Origin: Antedon mediterranea | Lineage: Eukaryota > Animalia > Echinodermata | DNA: 64,000 bases | Direction: 5' to 3' | Assembly: GCF_964355755.1 (NCBI RefSeq) | Contig: NC_092673.1 | Span: 19,217,648 to 19,281,647 of the forward strand | Part shown: positions 25,701 to 40,700 of the stretch, in pieces | Numbering within the stretch: the stretch's first letter is position 1 | Layout of the letters: each line of letters begins with the position of its first letter | The notes under the pieces: model-generated | What the model was told of the DNA's origin: nothing | Database searches by the model: none | What the model saw: the letters and a program-made list of their open reading frames with translations, nothing else | Made by a program: the position numbers and the translations under genes

Positions 25701-28700
25701 CTGTATAGAATACATTCATATAAAAACTTTTGATATGAATGTATTCGATACAGTATTCTAGTAGCTAGTTTCTTTACATTAGCTTTTAGAACAGAATTGT
25801 ATACTTGATTGGTTGCTAATTTTAATAATGTAAATATTAACCTCATCATTTTGTTCTTTTTCAGTCGTACCAAGCTTACCCTTATGTGTACCCACAATAA
25901 GGATAGTTGGTTTGTGAACCTCCTCGTCTTCTTCCACAATACGACTATGAGAATAAACTGACAGGATGTAAGATAATATGAACTGGAGATTGGTCCAATG
26001 ATGTTTACACTTTTCCTGTAAAAAAGAAAGATTAGTATAAAAAACAAAAATCTTTGTTCAATTAAAAATGAAATGAAGAAGTAAATGATTTCTAACCACA
26101 ATTAAAATCAAAATGGTTAGGTTTCAAATATGTAAATGTATGCAGCTCATTTGGAAGGTATGAAATAAAACTCTTTGTAATGCATAAAATATATAGCAAA
26201 ATACTTACTCCATTGGAATCAATATAAACAGCGGGATCATTGAGGTCTACACTTAGGTCGAACACTACAATATAAAGTGCTTGTAATGTCATGAACATCT
26301 GCAAAAATACAATTTGTTTTTATTCAAATATTTGATTAATATGCTTTAAGCAAAGATTGTATAGCACCGCTACGCGGCGCAAGATAGGTGACTGCGCGAC
26401 TATCATTTTATTCTGTAGGTTGTCTTTTGATAATCTGTGTTTATACATTTACTATTGATACTCTTTTTATTAAAGCATTTTTCTAGTACAAATTCATATA
26501 AAACTGTTAAAATCAGTTATGATTGAAAACAGTTACTGAAAATACTTTTTTATTGACGTAGGCAAAATTTGTAATAACAATTTATATAAAGCAGTACCAT
26601 GGAAAGATGTTTGCGATTACTGAATGAACAAATTAAACCTTGGTCATACCATTATGTTAGTATTACAGAGACATTTCCTTTTAACTGTGTATAGTATTTA
26701 AACAATATAATATTAACTTCAAGGGAAATACATATATTATAACTTACCCGATGTATACCATGATATATTAATTGACCTCCATGATCCCAGATGTTAAATG
26801 TTTCTTCCAAGGGGTCCTCCTTTTTTTCCTCAAGTTTCTTGATTACATCTTTATCTAACTGCTGATCTGTATCAAATGTAACAGCTTTAGTAGCTGTATA
26901 AGAACCTGTAGTAGAAACAATTTGGTCACTCTCACCACATGTAAACAAGCATCACTTCTAAATCATTGTAAAAGTCATTAACATATTGTTATAGTTGTTC
27001 TGATTATCATCATTGTTTTAATTGTCATTATCATCATTGCAGTCTTCATTATCATTGTTACACCTAGTCGTTATCATCATTGCAATCTTCATTATCATTG
27101 TTACACCTAGTCGTTATCATCATTGCAATCTTCATTATCATTGTTACACCTAGTCGTTATCATCATTGCAGTCTTCATTATCAATGTTACACCTAGTCGT
27201 TATCATCATTGCAGTCTTCATTATCATTGTTACACCTAGTCGTTATCATCATTGCAGTCTTCATTATCAATGTTACACCTAGTCGTTATCATCATTGCAG
27301 TCTTCATTATCATTGTTACACCTAGTCGTTATCATCATTGCAGTCTTCATTATCAATGTTACACCTAGTCGTTATCATCATTGCAGTCTTCATTATCATT
27401 GTTACACCTAGTCGTTATCATCATTGCAATCTTCATTATCATTGTTACACCTAGTCGTTATCATCATTGCAGTCTTCATTATCAATGTTACACCTAGTCG
27501 TTATCATCATTGCAATCTTCATTATCATTGTTACACCTAGTCGTTATCATCATTGCAATCTTCATTATCATTGTTACACCTAGTCGTTATCATCATTGCA
27601 GTCTTCATTATCAATGTTACACCTAGTCGTTATCATCATTGCAGTCTTCATTATCATTGTTACACCTAGTCGTTATCATCATTGCAGTCTTCATTATCAA
27701 TGTTACACCTAGTCGTTATCATCATTGCAGTCTTCATTATCATTGTTACACCTAGTCGTTATCATCATTGCAGTCTTCATTATCAATGTTACACCTAGTC
27801 GTTATCATCATTGCAGTCTTCATTATCATTGTTACACCTAGTCGTTATCATCATTGCAATCTTCATTATCATTGTTACACCTAGTCGTTATCATCATTGC
27901 AGTCTTCATTATCAATGTTACACCTAGTCGTTATCATCATTGCAGTCTTCATTATCATTGTTACACCTAGTCGTTATCATCATTGCAGTCTTCATTATCA
28001 TTGTTACACCTAGTCGTTATCATCATTGCAGTCTTCATTATCATTGTTACACCTAGTCGTTATCATCATTGCAGTCTTCATTATCATTGTTACACTGAAT
28101 CATCATCATTGTTATCATCATTATAGTTTTAGTTGACACTGTCAGAGTAGAGGTAGAAAAGTATGATTGTCACCATTTGTTACACAGGTTAAAGGTTGCC
28201 TTACCTCCACCTCTGATCACATAAATTTAATAATTTTATAGGAAAATTAAAAGTTACTTTAAATTGGAAAATCTAATTAATAATCTATTTATTTCAAATA
28301 ACTACAGCACAAACTTAATATCACAGAAATTGCAAATTAGCTACAAAATGTAATGTATATGTATTATGTAATATGTAATAATAATAATTAGAATTTAATG
28401 GAGAGTTACATACTATCATTTTTGTAATCATTGTTGTCGTTATTTTTGTAATCATCATTGTTGTCATCCTTATTGTAGTCAACAACAATACCATCATCAT
28501 CTTCGACATCATCTGTAGGTGGTTTCATGTCAATCTGATAAATAACACAAAAAATGGATATAAATATGAAACAAATGTTTATTCAAGTTAAATACAGTTT
28601 TGTTTACAATTTAATATAAGAGAAAACTAATATTATCTACCCTCAAACTAAAAAACCAAGTTATTTGTTAGAGTAAATTTTAAAAGAATTGAAGCAACAA

Positions 28701-31700
28701 AAAGAAATGAAATAGCCGCTCATAATTTCTCATTGATTAATTTAGAAAGAAAGCCTAAGTGACTGGTTTGCAATAGTTAAAAAGTCCTGTAGGTACTAAT
28801 ATTTTATTTATTTTATGTTTTTATTACACTAATATTGACATTATGCTTACAATTTTCTTTTCTCTTAGTTTGTCAGTGACCATTTTTGTATACTGTTTTG
28901 AAGGATTACCTGTAGAGAAATTATTAATTAATTAAAATTACAATTACAATACATCAACAAACAATAGCTAGTAACCGACCGAACACATCCAGGCAAGAAT
29001 GTCCTTCTAAAAACCTTTTTACCTGAGTCAATATCATTCCGAGAACCATCGTCTACACTTCCTAGAGGGGAGCGAGCGAAGCGAGGTCACCCTCTAGTAA
29101 TTAGAATTTAAGGAAAAGTTACATACCATCATTTTTGTCATCGTTATTGTATTCATCAAGAATACCATCCTCATCATCTGTGGGTGGTTTCATGTCAATC
29201 TGACACATAAAACAAAAACAACAAATGATTCAGATTCAGATAATATTTATTTAGATAATAATGAATGAATATATACAAAATGGAAAAAAGATATTAAAGT
29301 GAACATAGATAAAGCAGTAATTGGTAGTCATTATTATCATGGATCCCTTCTAGATAAATGGATATAAAAAAAGAAATAAATGTTTATTAAAAGTTAAATA
29401 CAGTATTGTTTACAATTTAATATAAGAGAAAACTAATATTATTTACTCTCAAAAACAAAACCAAATTATTTTTAAGAGTAAATTTTAAAAGGATTGAGAA
29501 AAAAAAAAGAAATAGCTGCTCATAATGCCTCATTGATTCATTTAGAAAGAAAGCCTAAGTGACTGGTTTGCAATATAGTCCTGTAGGTGCTACTTTATTC
29601 ATTATTACTGACATACGCTTACAGTTTCCTTTGCTCTCAATTTGTCAGTGACCATTTTTGTATACTGTTTTGAAGGATCACCTGTAGAGAAAGAGAAAAG
29701 TTTGTCCATATTATTTCAGCACATACGTTCATATGTGACTATACTTTGGATATTTTACTACTGTCAAAGTAAAATTACAATTACAGTACATCATCAAAGA
29801 ATGTAACATACAGTACAGTAACTTGCGCGTTATAAAGGGATCATAGAGTAACAATTGTAATGTATGTGACACCATACTACAGTTGTATGCATTGAATTCA
29901 ATTCTATGTCTCCATTTCATTGTGAACTTGTCTGTGTCTATGATAATAATTATTATTGATAATATTGTTACATAACGGTATGATGGTGGGAAGAGTAATA
30001 TGCTAAATGTATTCATGTTTACCACTATCAGCTTTAGCCTCTGTCCATGTTGTGCTTGCTGTTCTTATCACCGCTATGCCATCTGTAACTACATGCTTTT
30101 CCTCAAATCTGGCAAAAATATTTGAAACCAACTATGAACTTCAGTCATTTTAAGTACAGGTACTGTAAAACATGCACTTTTCTCCTTTTACTTCAAAACT
30201 ATTTTAATATATTCATTAATTATACATTTAGGAAGTCAAGTTATCCGACCATTCGTATGATCTTTTTTTTAAATACAAGCCTAAAAGTAAATTCTATAAT
30301 CAATAGAAAATTTGATGGTGTTATGATTATTGTAGAAACCGATTTATATATTTATAGACGTTTTTATTCAACTATTGTTATCTATCACTGCAATATTTAA
30401 AAAGTGGTAGTTTATCAAAAACAAATCAATAAAAGTTGGCTGGCTTGTAATTCTTAGTTGACTCACAAATATTTTGTAATGTTCATTTCACTGTTCTACT
30501 ACTACTACTACTTACTCTTTTCCAAGACATGCATTGATGAGGCATGTTTTACCCACTCCTTCTTGCCCAATTACTTTAAGCATTCCAAGATTGACTGGAA
30601 CGGATCCATCTTTCAAGGCTTCATTGTATGCTTTCTGAAAATCTAATTCACGTGCAGCAATATCTGAAAATTGAATCAAGATTTTAATAGATTTTTTAAA
30701 CATCTGGAGTAAATAAAGTAAAAAAAAACTAGAATTAGGTTATATGCATTGATTTAAATAAAGATAATTGATTTTTAAAAGATATATTGATTGATTGATT
30801 TTCTCAGAATCTTTAATTATTTATAATATAGGATCTTGCTAACGCGAATACAATAGCCGGTATCACAATCCGATCAAAGATCCCTCCGCGTATAATGTCA
30901 TACAACATTGTTACATAGTAATAAAGACATTACTTACTTTTTATCTAGATTTCATTATAAATTATGTGTATAATCTATACACTAACAAATAAAATTGAAC
31001 AAACAATACGGATAATAAAAAAAAATCTTATTTCCTTTCCCAATGTTAGACTCGATCTCGGTACCTTGAATGCCATAGACACGAGCACAGACCACCGAGC
31101 CATACACAACTGACTAAAAGTTGTAGAAAGATTCCTCCGTGTATTTACTATGCAGTAACCACTTTGGCGCAGATAGATTATTACATAACGCATTGAATTA
31201 TAATTTTTTACTATGATGACATCTTTAAAAATGTTAAAAAACGATGCACTGTCAAACTATATACTTTTAACTTTAATATATGAACTTTTATTTTGAAGGA
31301 AGAAAGTTAAAGTTTGTTATTTTGGCCTAAGAAAATGTCAGAAAATTTTTGATTGTCGAAATAAATTTTTTTGAATTTAAAATGCAATTAACGATGACTT
31401 TATCAACTTTTGTACTCTTAATTTCATAATAAATCATACATATGATACATACACTTCAAGAAAATGAAATAAAAAATATGTGTTCCCGAGCATTCTTGGA
31501 AATGGAAACAATCAACTGTTACTATTTATGATAAATAAAATCTCTCCATTTGTTATTTGTTATCAGTTGGACACTTTTTCGCATTTTTACAGTACCGCTC
31601 AGAAATGATTTTTTAAATAACATTAGCGTCTAATTCTCTCTTTACTGAAATCCCATTTTAATCACAATTCTGTTAAATTATATATAGATACCATCATAAA

Positions 31701-34700
31701 ACATACAGCAGCTCTTATTCTTAAACTTACCACTCTCTGGCTTAAGAAGTTTTGTTTTCTGTTTGTCACTTGTCGGTTTCTGAAATTGCTCATCAACAGT
31801 ACTTGGTAAATCTAAAAAAATGCACAAAACAAAAATATTACATATTATATATTTTCATAAAAAACACTATATTAAAAGTCATAGCTTTTTTTTTTCAATG
31901 GTATAAGGTTATATAAGGCTCTGTGTGATACAAAGCCTTACAAAAACTTGTGGGTGATTGTGTACAAGCAATCATTCATTCTGAATAATAATAATAACAA
32001 TGTATATTTTTAACTACAATGTATACAGTTAACAACTACAGTTATTAATTTAAATTATGTCCTAAAAAAAATTGTGGAACTCAAACTCATCCAAACATAT
32101 AGACGTTTGCAACATTTTTTGACAGCGATCCTGAATCTAAATCGTTGAAATTATAGCAATATACGGTTGATTAGCATGGTTTCAATGGGTAAAGTGCAAA
32201 TAAAGTAATCCTGAAATGAATAACTGGTATGATTCAGAATGAGGCAGTAGGAAATGCGATTAAAAACATCTATTGTAAGTTTTCAATATGCTTTGAACTT
32301 TTTGAATGTTTTTATTTATATTCTGTTTTATGACCAGAAATCAATTTTGTTTTTATACCTGTTTGTCAAAACACAATAAAGATAACTCGAGCCCAATCAT
32401 GGTTTAGGCTGATGTCAAACAATTTTGTCAATATAGACCTGGAATTGCACCTTTAAAGACTTACAATAAGGGCGCTTTTCTGGTCCTACTAAAACACGCT
32501 CAGAAAACGTGCCCACTGTCGCCAGTTGTTAGTTTCCCATTATGTGTATACGCTACACTTTTGTAAATATTAATTGTTAAAAAATAAAAAATTTAAACAT
32601 CAGCCTGGAATGTACAATGTGTCATACTTGCTTGCTTGCATAATTGATTAAAAACTCTAAATGTTTGTATAATATAAATATTTGTAAAACATACACTTTA
32701 TACACTTGGTAGAGCTTAGTTATACTTTGAAGGGCTTGGTGTTTAGAAGAACACCGCCCCTCCCCCCACAACCAATGTAATGAATATACAGTACAATTAG
32801 TTATTAGCAGTACAGCCAAGGAATATTTTAGCCTATTGAAGCAACGGTATATAATATAATATATATTATTATTTAGTTTCCAATTATTAGCGCATGTAAA
32901 AATAGGAAACCATTAACGCTCCTATTTGAATGTTCAATTGGAATACAACAAGGGTCACCCCTGCCATTATCTCTATTTAATATATTTATGAATTACTAGC
33001 TAAATCAAAATAACGAAAAAATACCATTCGGGGATTGCTTTATAAACCATCTGCTATATGCTGCTGATTTATTACTATTCGCAGACACAGTAAAGGTTTA
33101 CAAAATTTAATAATTATATTGGAAATATTTTGTGACACATGGGGTCTTAGTGTAAATGTAAACAAATAAAAAATAATGGTATTTAAAAAAGGTGAAAAAT
33201 TAAGAAAATATGAAAAATGGTACAGTATTACATAAACATTAAAATGGAAGTTGTTAAATCGTATACTTACTTGGAAGTGGTTTTCAATTCAAATGGTAAG
33301 TGGAATAACACAATTGAAAACAATTTTCAAAAAGCAAATAACGTACGTACTAACAATCAATTAATAGCAAAACAAAATACCTACCAGAGAATATATGGAA
33401 ACACATTTTTGACAAAGTTTTACCAATTTTAATTTACGGGAGTGAGACATGGGGCTTTTCGAATTTATCACCAATTGATCATTTACAGACACGTTTTTCA
33501 AGATTTATTTTAGGCATTGGAAACAGCGCACCCAGCGTGGCTGTTAGATCAGAATTAAGCAGACTACGCTTAAACATTGATTGCTTTATTTCTATTATTC
33601 GTTATTGGTTACAAATCACTGAAATGGATAAAAATAGATTTCCTTTTAAATGTTACACGTTTCAACTAAGAAAAACTAATAAAAATGAACATTGTTGGGC
33701 TAAACAAGTTAACGATTTGCTTTGTTCCACTGGCTATCTCTACATCTGGTACGATCAGGCTATATAAACTATATAATAATAAATAAACTGCGAGTACATT
33801 GTTTCTCTCATTTTATCATAAATTACCATAAAACGTACATCTAAGACAAGGAATAACCTGGTTTAATGTTTTTAAAGTAATATTCCATTATTTTTACAAA
33901 ACGTCGAAAATTGTAAGGAAAGGGTCTTTGAAATAGATTTTGAACTCTTACCTAATGGTTTAATCTTGTATGTATTGACTAAGAAAGTTCCTTAGACTAT
34001 AAAAGTTTGTTCACTTTGTCATACATTACTATCAGTTTTGGTTCTGTATTCTCAACCTTTTTTAGTAGGCCTACACCAAGCCAAGGATAAATATTTGCAA
34101 TTTAATTCGTTTATGCAATATTCAATAGATATTGAATAAATATTCTTCACACATATTAAAAATACATAAAATAATAATTATATAAACATGTAAGATAATA
34201 ATTAATAAAACATAGTATGTGTGGAAGGAAACCTTAAAAGTATAAAACTTTAAGCCTAGGTTGGGAAGAAAAAGAAACAAAATATGAATCCAATATTCTA
34301 TTATTCTGTGTGTAAGTACTCTACTGAAAGCTCATTAATTTATAACAACTTTTACAATTATTTAAGCGTTTATGCTCAAATATTACTTATTATTTTGTGC
34401 CTATTTGCATAAGAAGTTGCAAGATAATACAATTGTAGGAGCCAAGGTAAAATACATTATGTATGATGCTTAATTTTACATACAGAGAAATAGAATTCTT
34501 AAGCTGGCTTAAAGTATGTGAAGAAAATTCATTCATTGTGGAAACAAAAAATGGGATTAACAAGAAAATTAGATTTTTAGTCACGTGCAACGCCACTCTA
34601 CAACTCACTATGTCGGTCGGTTGGTAAACACTAACTTGAGCAAGCGACTGCAGACATCTATATGGCCTTGTTAAATTCAATATTTATCTCCTCCTATCGT

Positions 34701-37700
34701 AAATTGTTTGCCTCGATTGCGAATACATATTTTAAATAATACCATTATATATAAAATAGATTACATTTAAAAAAAAAATATTCTACATTTACATTTATAT
34801 GCAATTAATAAAGTTCAAATATTCCTTAACAATGCGCATCCCGTGTATTTGTCTATACAGGATTTTTATTAATTTTATTAATTTATTTTTTGTATGTTTT
34901 TTTTGTAACTAGCTTATAGTGGTCCTTTTATCACAAGTCCCTTTGGGTTTCTTGGAGGTCCTTTTCATCTTCACATCTTTAATTTGTTTATGTATAATTG
35001 TTTTGATGTATTGATGAATAAAGAGATTGATTTGATGTGAAAAATGACGTTCCATAAAAAAAAAGTGTGGCCAAATTTATTCAATATTGTTAATTCAAAG
35101 GAATTTTAAAGTTTGCATTTTTGTGTATTTTTATCGTAATGGCAAAATAATTTTTCTAATTTATTTGCAATTTTCAAATCATAAAAAATAAGGTTTTTAC
35201 ATCTTGCAACATATCACAACTTCCATGTTTACTACAATCCCAGTGGATTATTTAATCTATTGCCATCTGAACCTGTGAATGATATCATAAATGTTAATTT
35301 TCTTTATCTGGACAGTCTTCTTCATTTGGGACAAAAAATCAAATCTTTATCGTTTGTAATGAAAACTAGTTGATTCCAAAATTTTAATAATTAAAACTTC
35401 ACTTACTTTTAAAGAAGTTTAAAATTTCAGTTTTTCTCTGGTACCCTATCCACCTGTTACTTTCTAAAACAGAGACAGGTGTATTTCCATCCTATTAAAA
35501 AATGGGTGTAGTTACTTAGTAGTTTTTGAGAAATTATTGATATACAATATAACACACTTTAATACGCATCACATACATACAGTCATGGCTCAAACATTTA
35601 CCATCTAGAGATTGGATGAAAGAGCATCATGTGATAACACGTAGATTTACTATTTTTTAACATTGGTTGTAAATTAGGACGTGAATAGAAATTACTATTT
35701 GCCAATAAATGACATCAACTTGTACAGTGCGCCACCTATAACTCCTGTATCCAAACCAAAACTTAAGCGCTGCCGTTTATAGTCTACCGCCTTCAACATT
35801 GAGAGAGAGAGAGAGAGATAAATTGAATAAAAGTTTACTTTGGAACAGTAGGTAAATGTGTTAAAATGTTTGAGCCATAATATAAAACAACAAATAGTTT
35901 TACTATAAACTTTCAAAGAAAATAATATTTGGATACTATCCAGATACAAATGAAATATTAAAACAACAACAACACATTACAATTATAGTTGACTTATAAA
36001 TGAATATCTAAATCAAAACAAACTTGTTAGAATGTGCTATGTGTAAAAAGAGAAAAATGTGAAAAAAATCAAACACTTGAGAATTCTATATCTGTAAGTC
36101 TGATTAAATAATACTACTCTTTGAGGTAGTAATACTATTGATTAATATGGAGGCTAATTGATACTGAAGTTGAAGTTTATAAATACTGATAACAATAAAA
36201 TGTGAAATTGTCCTGACAATTCTTTGTAAGCCTACATTACCCTATTTTGCAATGCTGCAGATATACCATAATATGAGACAATACAGTAAAAATTACTGCT
36301 AAATAATGTGGTAAACCAGAACAAACTAGATTTGAACTCGTCACTTTGACGAGTTCGGGTTATCCGCGCAAACGCAACATGCACATATTTTAAACTATAT
36401 TATGAACTTCGACAATTATTATGCCATCCTATGACATGAATTAAGAATGTTTACAGTGCTGAATTGTACCTATTTTGTAGCATACAGCATATTACAGTGT
36501 TTACAGAATACACTGTATGTTATATACAGTGTAGAATAGACGAAATTACGAGACCCATCTTTTAAATCCAATTATTAACACGATGACGTCATCAAATTGG
36601 CATATAAAGATAACAATTTTAGAAGATAATTATCTAAATAATTACATTAATACAAATTTTAAGAATTTTGGGCACGTGAAAGTGAGATGCGCTCTCGTTT
36701 AAACGCAATGAACGTTTACGCAAGAGATGAAAATATGACTTTTTGAATTTAACTGGCCATATGATGACATCACAACATCTGATTGGCAAAATATTCACAT
36801 GAATTCGTATCTACAATCCAATATCTTCCAGAAAACGTTTTAATCATGATTATCACTTTTTATTCTGACGAGCTATAACCGATTGAAATTTACTGTAAAG
36901 ATAAAAATAAGTGACCCAAATTATTTATATTTTTAGACATGATGACGTCATAAAAATTAAAATATTTTTAACTCATGCGAAAGATAGTTGATTGACCTAG
37001 ACAGTATTAGAATATATGAGAAAATGGAATACGTATAAGCGATATGCGCTCTATTTAATGTAATGAGCAATAACGAAACAGTCAAAAATCCAATATTTTA
37101 CATTTGTGTGGCCATACGATGACGTCATAACATCTGAGGGGTAAAGATTGTGCATGAATTCATATCTACAACATATCTGCTTACATATTAAATTAAAAAA
37201 ATTGGGGGTAACGGTTGATCCTGAGGAGCTATAATAGATTAAAAATAGGCATAATTTTGACAATATGTTGTCACTTTTGCAACTAAAACGCGCGCAAATG
37301 GTGTAAATCAACGTGTTCGTATGACGTCATTTTAATTTGAAATGATGTCAATCTTTTTTAAAATGACTAAGAAAGGCTGTAAAATCATAATTCAAGAGAA
37401 AAACACATGATTTTCATGCTCCGTGCGCACCTTACGCGTAATTTTTTTTGCGCGCGTGGGAATTTTTTACATGCTTAAAATGTCATGATCAGCGTAGAAA
37501 GTTGATTAGAAATTAATTTTGCGCATTTTGAATTTTTAAATGCGCGTGCGCGCGTAACTTCTTGTAAAACATGCCATTTTTAATCCATAGAAAGTTTGCC
37601 CATGATATGACTTAAATTTTCACCAAGTGTCAAAACAAAATAACTTTTGGTTTATAATCTATGACCAATCATTGAAATTCATAAAATCGCGCGTAAGTCA

Positions 37701-40700
37701 CGTTGCGCAACTCTGACATCATTCAAAATATGGAGGTGCACAACTTCAGGTAAATGTCCATATGATGAAAAAGTTATATATATGATATAGTCACAAGCAA
37801 TAGGGGATATGCTGCGCACAAAAATCCGGGAAAGAAAGAAGAACTAGACATGAAACTCGTCACATTGACGAGTTAGTTATCCGCACCACGACAAACGCCA
37901 CGTGCACGTCATACGTTGGAATATTGCACACAGATAAAGATTATGGCATTATGACAAGAACTGAAGAATATGCTGAATTCTGTCAATTTTGTGTCATATA
38001 GTATATACATGCAAACAGTATAATCTGTATACATATTACATACAGTGTAGAATAGGTGAAATTACGGGACCCGCCATTTATTCCAATTTTTAACATGGCG
38101 ACGGTATCAAAATGAAACACTTGGATAGCAATTTCAGAAGGAAATTATCTCAGGAACAACATATTAACGTGTAGAAGAAATTTGAACACGTAAAATATAG
38201 ATGCGTACCCTTTTAAATGTGATGAACTATTACGCAAAATATGAAAATACGTCTTTTTTTATTCAACTGGCCATATGATGACGTCACAACATCCGATTGG
38301 CAAAATGTTTACATGAATTCGTATCTACAATCCAATAGCTTCCAGAAAACGTTTTAATCGTGATTATCACATTTTATTCTGATGAGCTATAACAGATTAA
38401 AATTTACTGTAAAGATAAATATAAGTGACCCACGTTATTTACATTTTTAGACATGATGACGTCCTAAAAATTAAAAAAAATTTTACTCATGTGTAAAATA
38501 GTTGATTGACCTAGAAAATGTCAAAATCTGGGTTAAAATGGAATACGTATAAGTGGAGAGGGGCTCTATTAAATGAGATGCGCTATGACGAAAGATACAA
38601 AAATCCTATATTTTACATTCGTGTGGCCATACGATGACGTCATAACTTCCGAGAGGTAACAATTCTGCATGAATTTATATCTACAATTTATCTTCTTACA
38701 TAATAAGTTAAAACAAATTGGGGTCACCTTTGATCCTGACGAGCTATAATAGATTCAAAATAGGCATAATTTTGACAATATTTTGTCACTTTTGCAACTA
38801 AAACGCATGCAAATGGTCTAAATCAACGTGTACGTATGACGTCATTTTAACTTGAAATGATGTCAATCTTGTTTAAAATGACTACGAAAGGCTGGACACT
38901 CAAAATTCAAGAAAAAAAACATGGTTTTCATACTCCGTGCGCCCCTTACGCGTAAATTTTTTCGCGCGCGTGGGAATTTTTGACATGCTCAAAATGTCAT
39001 GATCAGCGTAGAAAGTTGATTAGAAATTAATTTTGCGCATTTTGAAATTTTAAATGCGCGTGCGCGCGTAACTTCTTGTAAAACATGCCATTTTTAATCC
39101 ATAGAAAATTTGCACTTGATATGACTTAAATTTTCACAAATTGTCAAAACAAAATTACGTTTGGTTTTTAATCTATGGTCAATCATAAAAAATCATAAAA
39201 TCGCGCGTAAGTCACGTTGCGCAACTCTGACGTCATTCAAAAATAGGAGGTGCACAACTTCACGTATATGCCCATATGTTGACAAAGTTATGAAATGTTA
39301 TGTTTACAAGTTTTTGAGATACGTGAGACACAAAAATGGGGGAGAAAGAAATAAGAAACTAGACATGAAACTCGTCACTTTGACGAGTTAGTTATCCGCT
39401 CGACAAACGCCACGTGCACGTCATACGTTAGAATATTGCACACAGAAAAATATTAAGGCATTATGACCTGAACTGAAGAATATGATATGTTGTTATTTCT
39501 GAATTCTGTTATTTTGTGTCATATAGTATACACAGTACAATCTGTATACATATCACAAACAGTGTAAAATAGGTGAAATTACGGGACCCGTATTTTATTG
39601 TAATTTTTAACATCTTGACGGTTTCAAAATGAAATGCAAAAGTAGAAATTTCTGAATGAAATTATCTCAGCAACAACATATTAACGTATAGAAGAAATTT
39701 TAATACGTGAAATATTGATGCACGCTCTTTTAAATGTAATGAAATATAATGCAAAAGATGAAAATACGACTTTTTTTATTTAACTGGCCATATGATGACG
39801 TCACAACATTCGATTGCCACAATTTACACATGATTTTGTATCTACAATAAAATAGCTTCCTGAAAACGTTTTAATCGTGATTATCACATTTTATTCTTAC
39901 GAGGTATAACAGATTAAAATTTAATGTAAAGATAAAATTAATGACCAACGTAATTTAAATTTTTAGGCATGATGACGTTAAAAAAATTAAAAAAATTTTA
40001 ATTCATGCAAAAGATAGTTGATTGACCTAGAATATATTAAAATCGGGGTGAAAATAGACAACGAATAAGTGGAGATGCGCTCTATTAAATGTGATGAGCT
40101 ATGACGAAAGAGACAAAAATCCTATATTTTATATTGGCGTGGCCATACGATGACGTCACAATGTCCGGTTAGCCATATTAATGCATGATCCGATATTTAC
40201 AACTCATCAACTTCCAGAATATGTAATTAAAAAAAAGTTCTCCATGTAGTTTAGAATCTATGACTGTTTAAAAATAGGCATAATTTTGACGAATTTTTGA
40301 ACTTTTTCACCAAAAACGCGTGCAAATTATCTAATTCGACGTGCTCGTATGACGTAATTTTAAGTCGAAATTGTTTAAAATTTGGTAACATTACTAGAAA
40401 AGGCTGAAAAAACATAAATCACGCGAAAAAAATATGTTTTTAACGCTACGTGTGCACCGCGTGCGTAAAAATTTTCGCGCGCGTGGGAATTTTTGACATG
40501 CTCAAAATGACATGAAACGCATAGAAAGTTGATTAGAAGTTGATCTTTCGTATTCTAAAATTTTAAACGCGCGTGCGCGCGTAACTTTTTGTGAAACATG
40601 CTATTTTTAATCCATAGAAAGTTTGCGCTTGATATGACTTAAATTTGCACAAAGTGTCAAAACAAAATTATGTTTCGTTTTTAGTCTATGATCAATCATT

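Noticed and set aside
31050-31105. tRNA-like A/B boxes on the minus strand
   Set aside because: No convincing cloverleaf or acceptor stem; at most a SINE-head remnant.
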